This document shows, in pieces, positions 1 through 13,190 of a DNA stretch of 64,000 nt. This stretch comes from Octopus bimaculoides (taxonomy: Eukaryota): contig NC_068987.1 in the NCBI RefSeq assembly GCF_001194135.2, positions 107,757,274-107,821,273 on the forward strand, read 5' to 3'. Positions within the stretch are counted from its first letter, which is position 1. The number at the start of each line of letters is the position of its first letter. Made by a program: the position numbers and the translations under genes. The notes beneath the pieces are model-generated. The model was not told the DNA's origin. It ran no database searches and saw only the letters and a program-made list of their open reading frames with translations.

Positions 1-1119
1 CAACAGTAGTAAGAAAAGCGATAATGATAACAATAGGAAGAACAAGAACAAACGAAAAAAAAACGAGATGGTCAGTAGTGCAACGTTTATCAGCTTTTTC
101 ATGGAGGCTGTTATCTATTACGACCTCTGCATCCACCACGACCAAATCCGTCATCTACACCACCACCACAACAACAGACACAACAATANNNNNNNNNNNN
201 NNNNNNNNNNNNNNNNNNNNNNNNNNNNNNNNNNNNNNNNNNNNNNNNNNNNNNNNNNNNNNNNNNNNNNNNNNNNNNNNNNNNNNNNNNNNNNNNNNNN
301 NNNNNNNNNNNNNNNNNNNNNNNNNNNNNNNNNNNNNNNNNNNNNNNNNNNNNNNNNNNNNNNNNNNNNNNNNNNNNNNNNNNNNNNNNNNNNNNNNNNN
401 NNNNNNNNNNNNNNNNNNNNNNNNNNNNNNNNNNNNNNNNNNNNNNNNNNNNNNNNNNNNNNNNNNNNNNNNNNNNNNNNNNNNNNNNNNNNNNNNNNNN
501 NNNNNNNNNNNNNNNNNNNNNNNNNNNNNNNNNNNNNNNNNNNNNNNNNNNNNNNNNNNNNNNNNNNNNNNNNNNNNNNNNNNNNNNNNNNNNNNNNNNN
601 NNNNNNNNNNNNNNNNNNNNNNNNNNNNNNNNNNNNNNNNNNNNNNNNNNNNNNNNNNNNNNNNNNNNNNNNNNNNNNNNNNNNNNNNNNNNNNNNNNNN
701 NNNNNNNNNNNNNNNNNNNNNNNNNNNNNNNNNNNNNNNNNNNNACTATTGCCACAATCAACACGCCATCACCCACATCGACAGCCGAATAATACTGTCA
801 TTATAATTCCTGTTAATATTAACTCCACTTTCTTTAAAAGATTAGCGCCATTAGCACCACGCCGATCATCGCTAAAATGATCACTTCACACATACGCTAC
901 CGCCATCTATGTCTCGGATCACCAAGTCATCAGCTCCTCTATAGTGTTAGCAACATTTCCGCATCCTGTACTTGTGGCATATCCGAGTACCACCTTCTGT
1001 GAGAGAAGTACCGATATTGCAATAACCCAAACGCCGCACATCGCAGGCATCGATTCCATGGCTAACAGCATTTACAACCGATCGACGTTTCAAGCAACGC
1101 AAATGTCAACATCATCATC

Positions 1120-1712
1120 GCGGTCTGATCCTCCTCATCATCATCATTATCGTCATCTTCATTATCGTCGTCACCATTGCCGTCATCTTTATCGTCATCG
1201 TCATCATCATCATCATCATCATTATCATCACCATCATCATCATCTTCATCATCATCAGCATCGTCGTCGTCGTAACCATCATCATCATAGGTGCAGGAGT
1301 GGATGTGTGGTAAGTAGCTTGCTTACCAACCACATGGTTCCGGGTTCATTCCCAATGCATGGCACGTTGGGCAAGTGTCTTCTACTATAGCCTCGGGCTG
1401 ACCAAAGCCTTGTGAGTGGATTTGGTAAACGGAAACTGAAAGAAGCCCGTCGTATATTTGTATATATGTATATATATATGTGTGTGTATATGTTTGTGTG
1501 TCTGTGTCTGTTCCTCCAACATCGCTTGACAACCGATGCTAGTGTGTTTATGTCCCCGTAACATAGCAGTTCGGCAAGAGAAACCGATAGGATAAGTAGT
1601 AGGCAACCAAAGAATAAGTCCTGGGGTCGATTTGCTCGACTAAAGACGGTGCTCCAGCATGGCCGCAGTCACATGACTGAAACAAGTAGAAGAGTAAAGA
1701 GTAAAAGTGAGT

Positions 1713-1782
<70 letters not shown>

Positions 1783-2805
1783 GCAGCTCTAGCAGCAGCA
1801 GCAGCAGCAGCAGCATCGTCCCCATAATCGCAGTCATCATCATCATCATCGACATGCATCTCCTGCTCCCCTTCCTCCTCCTCATTATCAATCATCATCG
1901 TGGTCGACGTCGTAATTGTCGCCGTCATCGTCGTCGTCGTCATCCTCCCCCTCCTCCTCCTCCTCCTCCTCCTCCTCATCATCATCATTAACATCATCAT
2001 CATCGTCGTCGTCGTCGTCGTCACCGTCGTCGTCGTCATCCTCCTTCTCCTCCTCCTCCTCATCACCATTATCTTTATCGGCGTGGTTACTGTCGTCATC
2101 ATCATCATCATCATCATCGTCGTCGTCTCGTCGTCGTCGTCGTCGTCGTCATCATCATCATCGTTACCTATAGCATTGCGAATGCTAACAACAGCGCCCC
2201 CCCCCCCACGCCGCAAGACTAGCTACTACCAGTCAACTCAAGCACTGCAATTATTATCTTCGCTACCACCATATACTATAGTCATCACCACGGCTATAAC
2301 CACCACCACCACCACCACCACCACTACCACTATCACCATCATAACGATTACCACCATCACACCACTACTACCCACCATCATCGCCATAACTACCATTGCT
2401 ACAACCACCGATGCACCACTACCATCTGCCCGCGATCCTTAACATTAACACCAGCACAGCAACGATATCAAAACCATCACTACCGCCACCACCTTCTTCA
2501 CCATCTCCATCACCACCACTACCACTACTACTAGGTCCACCATCATCATTATCACCATCATGACCTGCGCTACTACCACCACTATTAGTATCACCACCAT
2601 CAAAATATCCACCACTCCCTCCTCTACCATCGCCAACGTAATCACCACTATCCATACTTCCGCCTCCACCATCACTATCATCGTCTTCACCACCATCAAT
2701 GCCACTAGCACTCACAGCACAACGACCACCAATATCACCACCACCACCACCACCAATACTATCAGCGCTCACCCCATAACGACCACCACCACCACCTCCA
2801 CCTAA
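1120..2805. repeat. Mosaic of degenerate trinucleotide microsatellites (ATC/GTC/AGC/CCT/ACC), interrupted by a SINE at 1289-1705
   Basis: Directly visible runs of (ATC)n, (AGC)n, (CCT)n, (GTC)n and (ACC)n. They explain the homopolymeric ORFs 1548-2216, 1707-1991, 1900-2442 and similar. Confidence 0.95.
1289..1705 (+). mobile_element. tRNA-derived SINE with internal (TA/TG)n tract (family B), full length
   Basis: A-box-like GTGGATGTGTGG and B-box-like GGTTCATTCC. Body GGAAACTGAAAGAAGCCCGTCG, internal microsatellite, then GGTGCTCCAGCATGGCCGCAGTC and an (AGAGTAA)-type tail. The same body recurs at 27.3, 32.7, 39.1, 44.9 and 51.0 kb. Confidence 0.9.
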
Positions 2806-3659
2806 ACTATCCAAACGACAGCCATTACCACAATTAACATCACCAGTAGCATCGGTAGAACCATCATTCATCAGTGTCATATCCTCTCCTGTCTCCTGCT
2901 CTAACGATACAGTCTGGTTTGCAATGGTATGATGATGCGAGTCTGATCTCATCAGGTTACCGTAACCTTTCAGCAAAAATAATTAAGACTCTGCTATTTA
3001 CATCGTTGTATTTCTTAATGTTTTTATAACATTTACGTTTGTTTGTATTTTTTCTCTGTTTCACTGTTTCACTGTTTCTTTTCCTGTGTTCTTTGTTTGC
3101 ATTTAATATGTCGCGGTTGATGAATTGTTCAGAATTTTTGTTGGAATTATTTGGTTAAAGAAGAGTTAAGTAAGTTGCCAATGGCGCCGGAATCCGCAGA
3201 ACAGTTTCGACTCCCCGTTGAAGACTACGCCCCAAGTTAATTCACATAGCGGAGACTTATGTTGAAAAGCAATATGGCTGCAGCTGCTGCAAATACTTAT
3301 GTTGCGGCTCTCTAGCTATTTACTGCTGCTGCTACTGCTGCTGCTGCTGTTGCTGCTTCTACCGTTCCTCCTGCTGTTACTACTGTACTGCCGCTAAAAC
3401 TGTTGTCATTGTTATTTAAATCAAGTTAGCTATGATTGAGTAGAACTTATAATAAAACACTATCTGTTCCTGCTGTTTGATCCCAAATCAGTCATAGATG
3501 TCGACCAACTGCTAGGAGTGGCGCTCCGTAACCTTTTGTTATTCCAAACATTTCACAATAAACCGCCATCTTACCCATTCCGCCTAATTTCCATTTCCCT
3601 AGACTGCCGAAATACTCAATCACACCGGTTCTAATAACTGACTCTGACTACGAATAATC

Positions 3660-4086
3660 CTTTCTTCTATAGGTACGAAGCCTAAAAGTGGAGGATAAGG
3701 GGGCCAGTCGATTACATCGACCCCAGTACTCAACTGGTACTTATTTTATCGACCCCGAAAGGCCGAAAGGCACAGTCTACACCGGTGGAATTTCAAGTCA
3801 GAACGTAGCGATGGGCGAAATACCGCTAAGCATTCCGTCCAGCTTACTAACAATTCTTATTTCTTTACTGCCCCCAAGGGGCTACACACAGCGGAAACAA
3901 ACAAGGACAGATAAACGGATTAAGTCGATTATATCGACTCCAGTGCGTAACTGGTACTTATTTAATCGACCCCGAAAGGATGAAAGGTAAAGTCGACCGC
4001 GGCGGAATTTGAACCAGAACGTAAAGACAGACGAAATATCGCTAAGCATCTCGCCCAGCGTGCTAACGATTCTGCCAGCTCGCCGC
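3660..4086 (-). mobile_element. Two tandem SINEs with a Deu/Nin-like central domain (family D)
   Basis: GTACTTATTTTATCGACCCCGAAAGG..GAAAGG occurs at about 3735 and 3955. The reverse complement gives a tRNA-like head (GAGCTGGCAGAA...GGTTCAAATTCC) followed by CCTTTCATCCTTTCGGGGTCGAT. The Deu/Nin label is from memory of that domain. Confidence 0.85.
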
Positions 4087-4862
4087 ATTTATGACTTCGA
4101 ACAATAGCAACAGCTTCGTATTATTTTAAGAACAGAACCGGTAAGAATAGCACAAGAACTTTAGAATATTTATTTATGGAAGGATGGCATTTTACATTAA
4201 AAAGATATTTTGTTTGTCTTGAATAGAATGTTGTACCCATATATTTCGCAAGCTAACCGAGAGCGGTGATATGGAAGCTGTTAATATCTCTCATGGATTG
4301 TTACAAATCGACGGATGCAACCATCTGTAGAGTTCACATTAATATATGAAGCCACGATTAGGTCAACTCTTTCCCAGGGGCCTGTTTCTGGTGATTGGAA
4401 CAGAATGCAGTCAGGTTAAAGTCACCCATGGAGTAGGAAGTGATATTAAACCAAAAAACGTGGTAAGCCTAAAAGCTAGCGACAAATGTTCTGTATTATA
4501 ACCTATTTTAATTTATAAATCAATACATATACCTGTAAAGGTGGAGTTGAATAAGAAAGCTCAAATAAAAGATGGAAACAAACTAAAATAGGTATTTCCT
4601 TTTACTATCACGACTGCATTATCTCTCTAAGTATTACTAATCAAGTGAGATTTCTGCTGCTATTTTTGTCAAAAATAAAACATAGACTCGGGGTATAGTA
4701 ACTGATAATGTTATTCGTATGGCATCTGATACATCAAATCGATTTTCCATTTCACTTGAGATTCAGAGATTCCTGCTTCACGGCTATACTTAGCTGTGAA
4801 GGAAATTGAAGCACTTATTGTCATCATCACTAACTTATGTTAAGTAGCAATGGGCTGAAAAT

Positions 4863-7250
4863 CAGGGCCGGATTAAGGCCCAAAGACGCCCTAAGCATTT
4901 AAAAGGATGTTAGTTCCCCCATATATATACATACATATATNNNNNNNNNNNNNNNNNNNNNNNNNNNNNNNNNNNNNNNNNNNNNNNNNNNNNNNNNNNN
5001 NNNNNNNNNNNNNNNNNNNNNNNNNNNNNNNNNNNNNNNNNNNNNNNNNAAAAAACAGCTAACTATAAAATTAAATTCTATTTTTCAAAATGAAACAAAA
5101 TTAACAATAAGATGACAAATAATCTTTACTTCTACTTTATATCTGAAATGTTTTCTCCTACGGTTTTTTAATTGCAAAATCTTTTATCAAATCTGCATTA
5201 TGACATCACGAACACTTTAAAAGATATTTCCGATCATATAATGTACTTCGAATATCATTCTAGTAAGATTAAGGTGAAATTATTTTGTGCCGTACACCAT
5301 TTACCATTTCTTTGGTACCCCTACCTTTCCTTGATGCCCTAAGCAAGTACTTATTTTGCTTAACGGTTAATCGTGCGCTGCTTACAGCCAAATTGTTCCA
5401 TGCCCAGTCCAGTTCTTTTCGTAAACAGCTTTCTTTTGAATTGCTGAAAGTCCAGTCCACTTTTTCTAAACAGTTATTATTCGTTGTATACGTATAGAAA
5501 CAGAAATAATCCAGGGCCTTAAACTAAATCAGGTATAGAGATAATCTTATTTAGGACTTCCAAGTCATTCGTGACTTCCTGGAGTATTTTGATAATGATT
5601 TACCCTTATCTTTTCCACGATTGAAGTCAAGTACAGAAATACTCGCTACGTTTGCGCTTTTGCTATACGACGACTCCAAATTAATAACTTTCTCGTATAC
5701 TTTGCTGCATATATGTCCAAATCTCTGGCGAGACTGCAAAGACCAGACAAATATTTCAGCTTAGCAGAAAATACTATATTTATTACGGAAGTTCAAATTT
5801 GTGTGTCACTTTGGTTACGGTAACAGTCGAATCATCAAAATTATTCACACCTAAAAGCATTAATGATGTTCTAAGAATATGGGATTTTTTCCCTGAGGTC
5901 AATAATGAAAATATACTAAAATATACTAAAATGCCGTCTTGAATTTGCCAACATGAATTTGAATGGTAAATTATAGAGCAAAGTTTCGCTTAGTCTGATC
6001 ATGAAGCTCTACAGATAAAGTTGACTATTTGCACACGCATTCTTTCACTTCATTAAGTTTCCTTTTGCAGTGTTTTGGATCCCAAAACTTGACGTTGAAG
6101 TATACTCTGTTTGGTCATTGAGTGAAGATTTTCTTTTGACCAAAGCTCGAAAAGCCTATTTCCTCTCAATCATGGGAGACGTTCTTTCTGCGCAAAGAAG
6201 ACAAATTAAATTCCATGATGATCATTATTGATTAAAGGACAATTAAACAAACAAGAACACATAATCTGTTTTGATTGATCCATTGAATCAATAAAAAAAA
6301 TGTGAAAACTATTCTTTGATATTCTTTTCATGAGCAGAGTTTACTCACCTGCAATTTACTGTTGACTGAAATAACAACTGATTCATTGAGGTGCATGTTG
6401 ACATTTGCCGGAACATTTGTAATCTCGCTGACAACTTAGGTTGATTTGACCTAAAGATTACCTTTAATTTTTGACTGATATTGTCAGTGAAAAATGACAC
6501 TAAAATCATTCAATTCATGACAGTTTCTGTTTCCATGACTTTAACCAACAGGGGTGACCTTCAATTCTGTGGAAAATCTTTTTCTTTTACAATTATATAT
6601 GAAAATTTGCAGAAGACAAGCAGAAGTGGCATCTTCCAGAAGAAATATTCCCGTATGATGAAAGAGTTTCTTTCTGACCATAAATTATTTTTAACACGAA
6701 AATTGCCAATATGATTTCAGTGTTTGCCTTCACGCTATTTTCTCAGTCCTGACGATTTAAAATTTCCATTGCTGATTGTTACCAAATCATGCATGTGAGC
6801 ATTTCAATTCCATGTTGTTCTCTGAATCCAAAACCAACATATTAATTAATCCACTACCAACTTTTGACAAATGGCATTGCCAGTCAAAATTCTTGAAAAA
6901 TGGAATAAAAATGACAAAAGAACGCTTAACATAAATGGTGATATCAGAGAAAAATAATTTTTTTGTTGATATAATATTATCCATATCCATCTTACACTAT
7001 AATGATAAAGTGATACAATGATTAAATGTGAACGTATGTGAATAATCTGAAAATCCACTAAATATTATGATAAGAAATCAAACCTGACTACGTTAATACA
7101 CGGAAGCGATATCGCCACACATTCTGTCGGAATAACTGTATGAGCTGCTCAAGAGTATTCTTTATCCATTAGAAATATTATCTGGCATTATCAAATTAAT
7201 TTCTACACATGCAGTCCATTTCACTAGGCTTTTTATTTTCAGGTCCGTAA
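4863..7250 (-). mobile_element. Highly degenerate hAT transposon relic (ZMYM1-like transposase type)
   Basis: hAT-like terminus CAGGGCCGGATTAAGGCCC at 4863. Minus-strand fragments lie in hAT order: FSDYSHT (~7040, cf. TPDISH), LEDATSAC (~6620), SVNSKLQ (~6350, cf. NMVSKKLQ), TFSNSKESCLR..NNLAVSS (~5370-5455, cf. ERSFSKLK..LR..NNLA). There are many stops and frameshifts. Confidence 0.5.
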
Positions 7251-8612
7251 GCAAAAAATATGCTTACTTATTTAAGCTATTCCTGACTATGGAGTTTGAG
7301 CAAATGACATTTACCACCGTACCTGACTCTGAGGTTCCAAGTGTTGTTAGTTTTGAATTGTCATCGATGTTTCTCTAACTATGTTTTTTTTTGCTAGGTG
7401 GGGATATCCACGCTACACAGACCCATTTTCACTTCAAGAAAGACGTGGCCTCTGTTATATAACCTGTGAGCATACAGGCCCAACTAGAAGCTTTATCTCC
7501 GCTCGCAAAGCTCTCTGTGTCATGGAAACACATAAGACACCTCTCTGCAACGGGACTATACTTTGCGGAGGCAACACCTACATTCTGTTTAATAACCCCT
7601 GTTGTAGGGACTCACTTATTGGCTCTCTAAGCTCATTGGTAGTACCAGAAAGAACTAATGACTATTGTACTTATTCAACCTAGCTATTACGTTCCTTCTC
7701 TCTAATGCTCAAAAGATATCATTCCGAAAATGACGGATGATCAATCTCAGATTTGTCCTCGCGCACACGCGCGCACACACACACATACACCCCCCCCACA
7801 CACACACACACACACGCACACACACTTATATTGTAATATATCTAAAAGAGCATCAACCTATTATTATGCGAAGCAAGAAAGGAAGCAGGAATTGTCACAC
7901 ATTACAATCGGTGACGCTTACTTAACATCGAATAGATTATGGATCGGTTTCAGCTGAAGGTATTGCCCACGGACTAAGTTCAGTGATGTTGATAGAATAA
8001 TATGATGCGGAAGCATCTCAGCTGATTGCTCGGTGTTTAACCGTTATGAAACCTAGCTGAACAGTGTGAAATGTTCGTCCACTTTTATTAAATTTATTTT
8101 TGTTATTGTTGTCGCTTACACCAGACTAACTACAATCAAGCAAACCTATGATGGAAGTCTTACAGCATTAGACATCAAAGAATTTGTTCAAGCGTCGTGA
8201 ATTTGACCCCAACACCGTCTAACGAATGTTATATATGTTTAGTCTTCTTTATTGTGAAGTCAAGAAGGTTTAGTTTCTAAGTAGAAAAAGAATACTGCAT
8301 AGTGATACCTTTGTTAGCTCTCACTCGCGTCTTTGTTGGCGCTGCTGCTAGATCTGGTACAGTTATTATTATGTTTGCCGTTGATGTTGTTCTGAACGGC
8401 GTGTTTGTTTTTATGTTTCTGTTCTTGTTGAAGATAATTTTGCGGTTTTACTCAGTGAAGTCCGTTTTAGTGTTCCATTGATTGTGAAACGGTGTAACAT
8501 TGACCGGGTGGTCATCTAGGGAGTGACGCGTTTGTTAAATAATGTACCAGTGAATAACTCATCAAACAATTTTTATCTTGGCGGAACGCAATCTCTCATT
8601 CTCTCTCTCCCG

Positions 8613-8613
<1 letters not shown>

Positions 8614-8670
<57 letters not shown>

Positions 8671-8671
8671 G

Positions 8672-8710
<39 letters not shown>

Positions 8711-8711
8711 G

Positions 8712-8766
<55 letters not shown>

Positions 8767-8787
8767 GTCTATCTATCTATCTATCTG

Positions 8788-8824
<37 letters not shown>

Positions 8825-8866
8825 ATATCTATCTATCTATCTATCTATCTTTCTATCTATCTATCT
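8614..8866. repeat. (ATCT)n tetranucleotide microsatellite
   Basis: About 250 bp of ATCT with GTCT variants. It is the source of the IYLS ORFs. Confidence 0.98.
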
Positions 8867-9609
8867 CTTGCTCGCTCACTACCTCTGAACAAATGAATTA
8901 TATTGAGGCTTACTTTTTACCAGCTGTTTTTTTTTATTTATTTGAAATGATGTCATCCAGAACAAGTCTTGAAATGAATGCTTATATGGCAATATTTTGT
9001 AACCATTCCTGCTTTCTTACATATTAATGTAACTTTAATCTCATGGAGAAGGGTATCACTGGATGTAGTTTCAGCAGATATTTTAGCTGTTATCTCTCAC
9101 AGTGATAGGTTTATGAGTGATATTGCTTCGTCTGTATACATTCAAGTCAGCTACCAATGAAATTTGGTTCCAAACAACTTTCACAAATTACACAATTTTT
9201 TACTGAAATTTTCTACAGATACCGTAAGAAGTCAATGCTTCTGCAATTTAGCTATACAACGTATGTCCAATGAAACCAATATAAATCAGAAAGAAGAAAA
9301 AAAAAAGAATTAAGCGACGAAATTCTTACATTATCTATATGCAGGTAGATATATTAATGCATATGTATGAAGCTTTTAATAATATTATTATTATTATTGT
9401 TGTTGTTCTTGTTGTTGTTGCCATTAACATTCTTCAAAAATTCCGTTTCCATCTCTTGCTGAGTCGTACTGTATTCATTGGTAGGCCATTAAAACAAACA
9501 CACCAGATTGTTAATTTACAGAGTTATGTAACAGAGAAAGGGGGAAGACAGAGAGAATAAGGGGAAAAAATAGAAAAGTAAACAAATACAATAAGTGGGG
9601 GAGAGTAAA

Positions 9610-10000
9610 GAAGATTCACAGCAACAATGCTCTTCTCAATATGTGTGACGTACCAGTTGAGACAATGTTTTGCACTTCCTGCATAGATGGTAAGCCAGGG
9701 GTCATTCTTAAATAATTTTCCGTTCTTTTGTTTGGTCATTCCAAGTGCTCCTAGAGTCAGTGGTATTTTAACCGTCTTGAGATGCACATCTTTTCGATTT
9801 AGATTAGCGAACCTTTATATTTTCTGAGATTATTATTATTATTATTACTAAAATTATTTCATGCTGTATTAGTTAACGGGGTTGTAATCTTGAGGTTTGG
9901 TTACAATTCTCCTAATACCTCAAGAGTCTTTTTTTAAATTCTTGTAAAATGCAGGGTAGAATTTTTTTTCTGCCGATCGACATGGTGTGTCCCAAAACCA
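9610..10000 (-). mobile_element. R4/Dong-type non-LTR retrotransposon, C-terminal restriction-like endonuclease fragment
   Basis: Minus strand reads FWDTP (9984-9997), then KYKGSLI*IEKM/HLKTVKIPLTLGALGM (about 9735-9822). This matches the RLE-clade C-terminus (LWD.P ... KYKDLEIEIEKMWHLKT..IP...GALG). Confidence 0.85.
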
Positions 10001-10029
10001 ATATCTCGCAGCAAATCAGGTAACCCAGT

Positions 10030-10545
10030 ACGCTAATTTCCACACAATCATTCTCTTAATTACATTATTGAATAGCACAATACATAGATAGGAAATACAC
10101 GATAGATCAATCAATGATTTTCAGTACATTGATGATCTAAATGAAGAGGAACAGATTTTAACACAAGTAAAACTATTTAATGGCGATATGGAAATGAAAT
10201 TAATCGGCCCTGATGAATGTGCTAACATCAAACTTTTCAAGGGAAAACACTTACGAATATATAATATATAGCTGGGCATACTTTCGACGTTAAGGAATTA
10301 GATTCTAAAGAAATAAACAAAAATTCAGATGTGTGAAAAGACGCTGGTATCCAGCACCCACAAGATCTCCCCAAAATATGGGTAAAGCTAGCGATCTTAA
10401 TGCGAGAAACAGGATTATTGACATAAATACTCGTATTATTCTTGTTGTGATGAATAGATTTAATATCATGAACATGTTCATGGATGAAATAGGTAAAATT
10501 GAAAGGAAAATGCCTAAATGTGTCACCGATCATTCAAAAGCAGCT
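10030..10545 (+). mobile_element. R4/Dong-type reverse transcriptase fragment
   Basis: Plus strand reads IHDRSINDFQYIDDL (YIDD at 10125-10136), VKLFNGDMEMK.IGPDECA and SDLNARNRIIDINT...DEIGKIERK (from about 10396). These are typical RT core and thumb motifs of this clade. Confidence 0.85.
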
Positions 10546-10967
10546 GTGTTGGTGGTTGCAAATTTTACTTCCATTGCTTGCAAGTTATTGTAGAGGTGGG
10601 GTATGTCGATTCCATCGACCCCAGTGCTCAACTGGTACTATTTTATAAAAACCTTGAAAGAATGAAAGCAAAGTTGAGCACCACCTGCAGCAACTACACC
10701 AACAATGATGATCGTGATGATGATGATGATGATGATGAGGATGATTCAGTTAAGACGTAGGCACGTATGTGTGTCTACGTCAATAACTAATCTTCAGTTT
10801 CTATCGTTCATGTTCACAAACCTTGATTGAATGCTAAATAACAATGCGGTTGCTGAGTTCGATCACAATTGGCGGCTGCTTGGGCAACTATGTACCCCAT
10901 TACAAGGGGTTAGTTAACCAATAACTTGAGAAAGAAATTTCAAATAAAGAAACCTTATAGCAGTCTG

Positions 10968-11069
<102 letters not shown>

Positions 11070-11294
11070 GTGCGCGTGTATGCGCACGTGTGTTTGGTTA
11101 TGTAGCTATTCTTCTATTTGCCATATGCACATGTAAACACCGTTGAAAAACCGGTATTCTCTGAATGATGTCCGCTGAATTGTAATCACTCCTTTGTCTT
11201 TCTCTCATCACCAGAAAAGCAGTGAACCAGTGATTGCTGAGTTTGATAAAAACCTGTAACCAACGGCTCTTTATTCATAAATTGTGATACAAAA

Positions 11295-11329
<35 letters not shown>

Positions 11330-11749
11330 AAACTGGGTTTACATGTTCTTGTATTGATTACGCACAAAAATGTATTGTTTACAAAATAAATACCAACGAT
11401 AAACCGCAACAAATAAATAAGAACAAGTTACATAGAGAAAGCAACAGGAACCAACTTAAATCAGAACGAACGCAGTATATCATATGAACCATGAAGGAAA
11501 ATACAAAGAACTATAAAATCAATGCCCGGCGGGCCATCATTTATGAGGAGCCCCGAAACGCGGGTTTAATGCTATCACGCTACGTAGCACATGAGACAAC
11601 AGGCGCGTTAGAAGCGCTGTTCGGTCAAAAGGTTAACATTCTACAAAGATGCGTTTTTCCTAATGCTAGCGTCCAGCAAAAAAAAAAGTGAATATATAAA
11701 TAATGTAACAAAAAAAAAGGAAAGCAATTATTGCAAAGAAACAAACGGC

Positions 11750-12480
11750 TAAAAACAACATCTAGAAATATAATGTACATACTAAACAGAGACTAACACA
11801 CGCTAGTACCATAAAATAGACGCACAAGATCTGGAGAAGAAATAAATGAAGACGTAAGAAACTAGATTGAAGCACATTAGTGATGGAAATGCATATTTAT
11901 AATAAATAAACGATAAAAAAAATATCAGCGGTACAGAAATTGAAAAGCAAAATGTAAACTCGTAAAAACAATACTCAGCGATAATAAAACGCAAGTTTTG
12001 ATCACATACATAAAGCGGAAAAAATCCTAGAAATCAATGAAAGGAGCAAAACAGAACATAGTTCCCACAAAGTATCTCAGCTTTCGCAAATACAAAGGAA
12101 ATAACATGAATTCAAGGACCACATTTAGTTGGTGAACCTTACAAATTACAAAACCGAAGCGACCATATATGAAAATGACAATTCCCCTCAGTCAAGCAAA
12201 TATAGAGACAGGAGAATGTAATAGAAATCCAGAACGAGGTTTATTAATCAAACATGACCTAGCTAACAAGCAAATAGTCAAAAGAAAAAATGTAATCTCG
12301 ATGGTACATACGTAATTATAAAGAGAATGAATACAAACACAAGAAAATAAGCTGAGTAAACATAGAGGAACACTTAAGAGAATCAATAAAGGAAATAGGA
12401 AAATAACTGACTATAATAAAATCAATAAACCTGGATCAATAGAAAAATCTTGCGAACAAATAACTATCTTTATGAAATAA
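11750..12480 (+). mobile_element. Possible very old R4/Dong-like RT relic
   Basis: A-rich sense strand with weak remnants: KYLS (cf. KYLG), IIKRMNT (cf. IIKAINT), EEHLRESIKEIGK*LT (cf. EELRQMDKRTRKLMT). The match is weak. Confidence 0.3.
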
Positions 12481-12957
12481 TTGTAAAAAAAGAAGAAAAA
12501 AAAGAAAAAAACAGAAAAAATGTAAAAGAAAACGATCGGGCCTCTCGGAAGTAAACTAGAGCATGAAAAAAAATAAATTACCATCTGATTTCCTAATTCA
12601 TCATGGCCCTATAGAAAGAAAACTGGTTTTACCAATACTAGTGTAAGTTAATGCCCAGAGTCTATTTCATGTAATGTAATGTAATGTTTTAAAGAAACTG
12701 CGAGACACGCGAAGATAACCAAGCATTTTTTTTTTAACGTAACGTAACAAGCAAGGGGGATAACTTCGAAAAATCAATTATTGTCATTAGACTCAGAGCA
12801 AAATGTCATTGAAGTGAACTGTTTAGGCTGGGAACCGTAAGAAAATTAACGGGCTATCTCAACTACTAGAAATAGCAGCCATCTCTCGGTAAATCGTTCT
12901 ATACCGTTCTAAAAATGGACAGAGGAGGTAACCACCTCATTACTGTTTCTAGTATAC

Positions 12958-13083
<126 letters not shown>

Positions 13084-13117
13084 ATTGCGCTCTTCTTATA
13101 GCATTAACAATTTTTAA

Positions 13118-13190
13118 ACTCGCGGTCGGGGGATCGCGGTTTCGATTTCCAGACCGGGCGTTGTGTGTATTTATTGAGCGAAAATACCTA
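13118..13190 (+). mobile_element. Fragment of SINE head A
   Basis: GGATCGCGGTTTCGATTTCCAGACCGGGCGTTGTG..TTTATTGAGCGAAAA is the reverse complement of the heads at 19.4 kb and 58.2 kb. Confidence 0.85.

Noticed and set aside
3000-3660. Possible LINE 5'/ORF1 remnant (also 8290-8560, 23850-24150, 35900-36360)
   Set aside because: The composition is suggestive, but I found no diagnostic motif.
7381-7683. 100-aa Cys-containing ORF in non-repetitive sequence
   Set aside because: No recognisable domain, the start lies within a T-run, and no matching splice donor is present.
4861-10213. Apparent TIR pair ATCAGGGCCGGATTAA (4861) and TTAATCGGCCCTGAT (10200-10213)
   Set aside because: The second site lies inside the LINE RT fragment (codons IGPD, cf. 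FGLD), so the match is probably coincidental.
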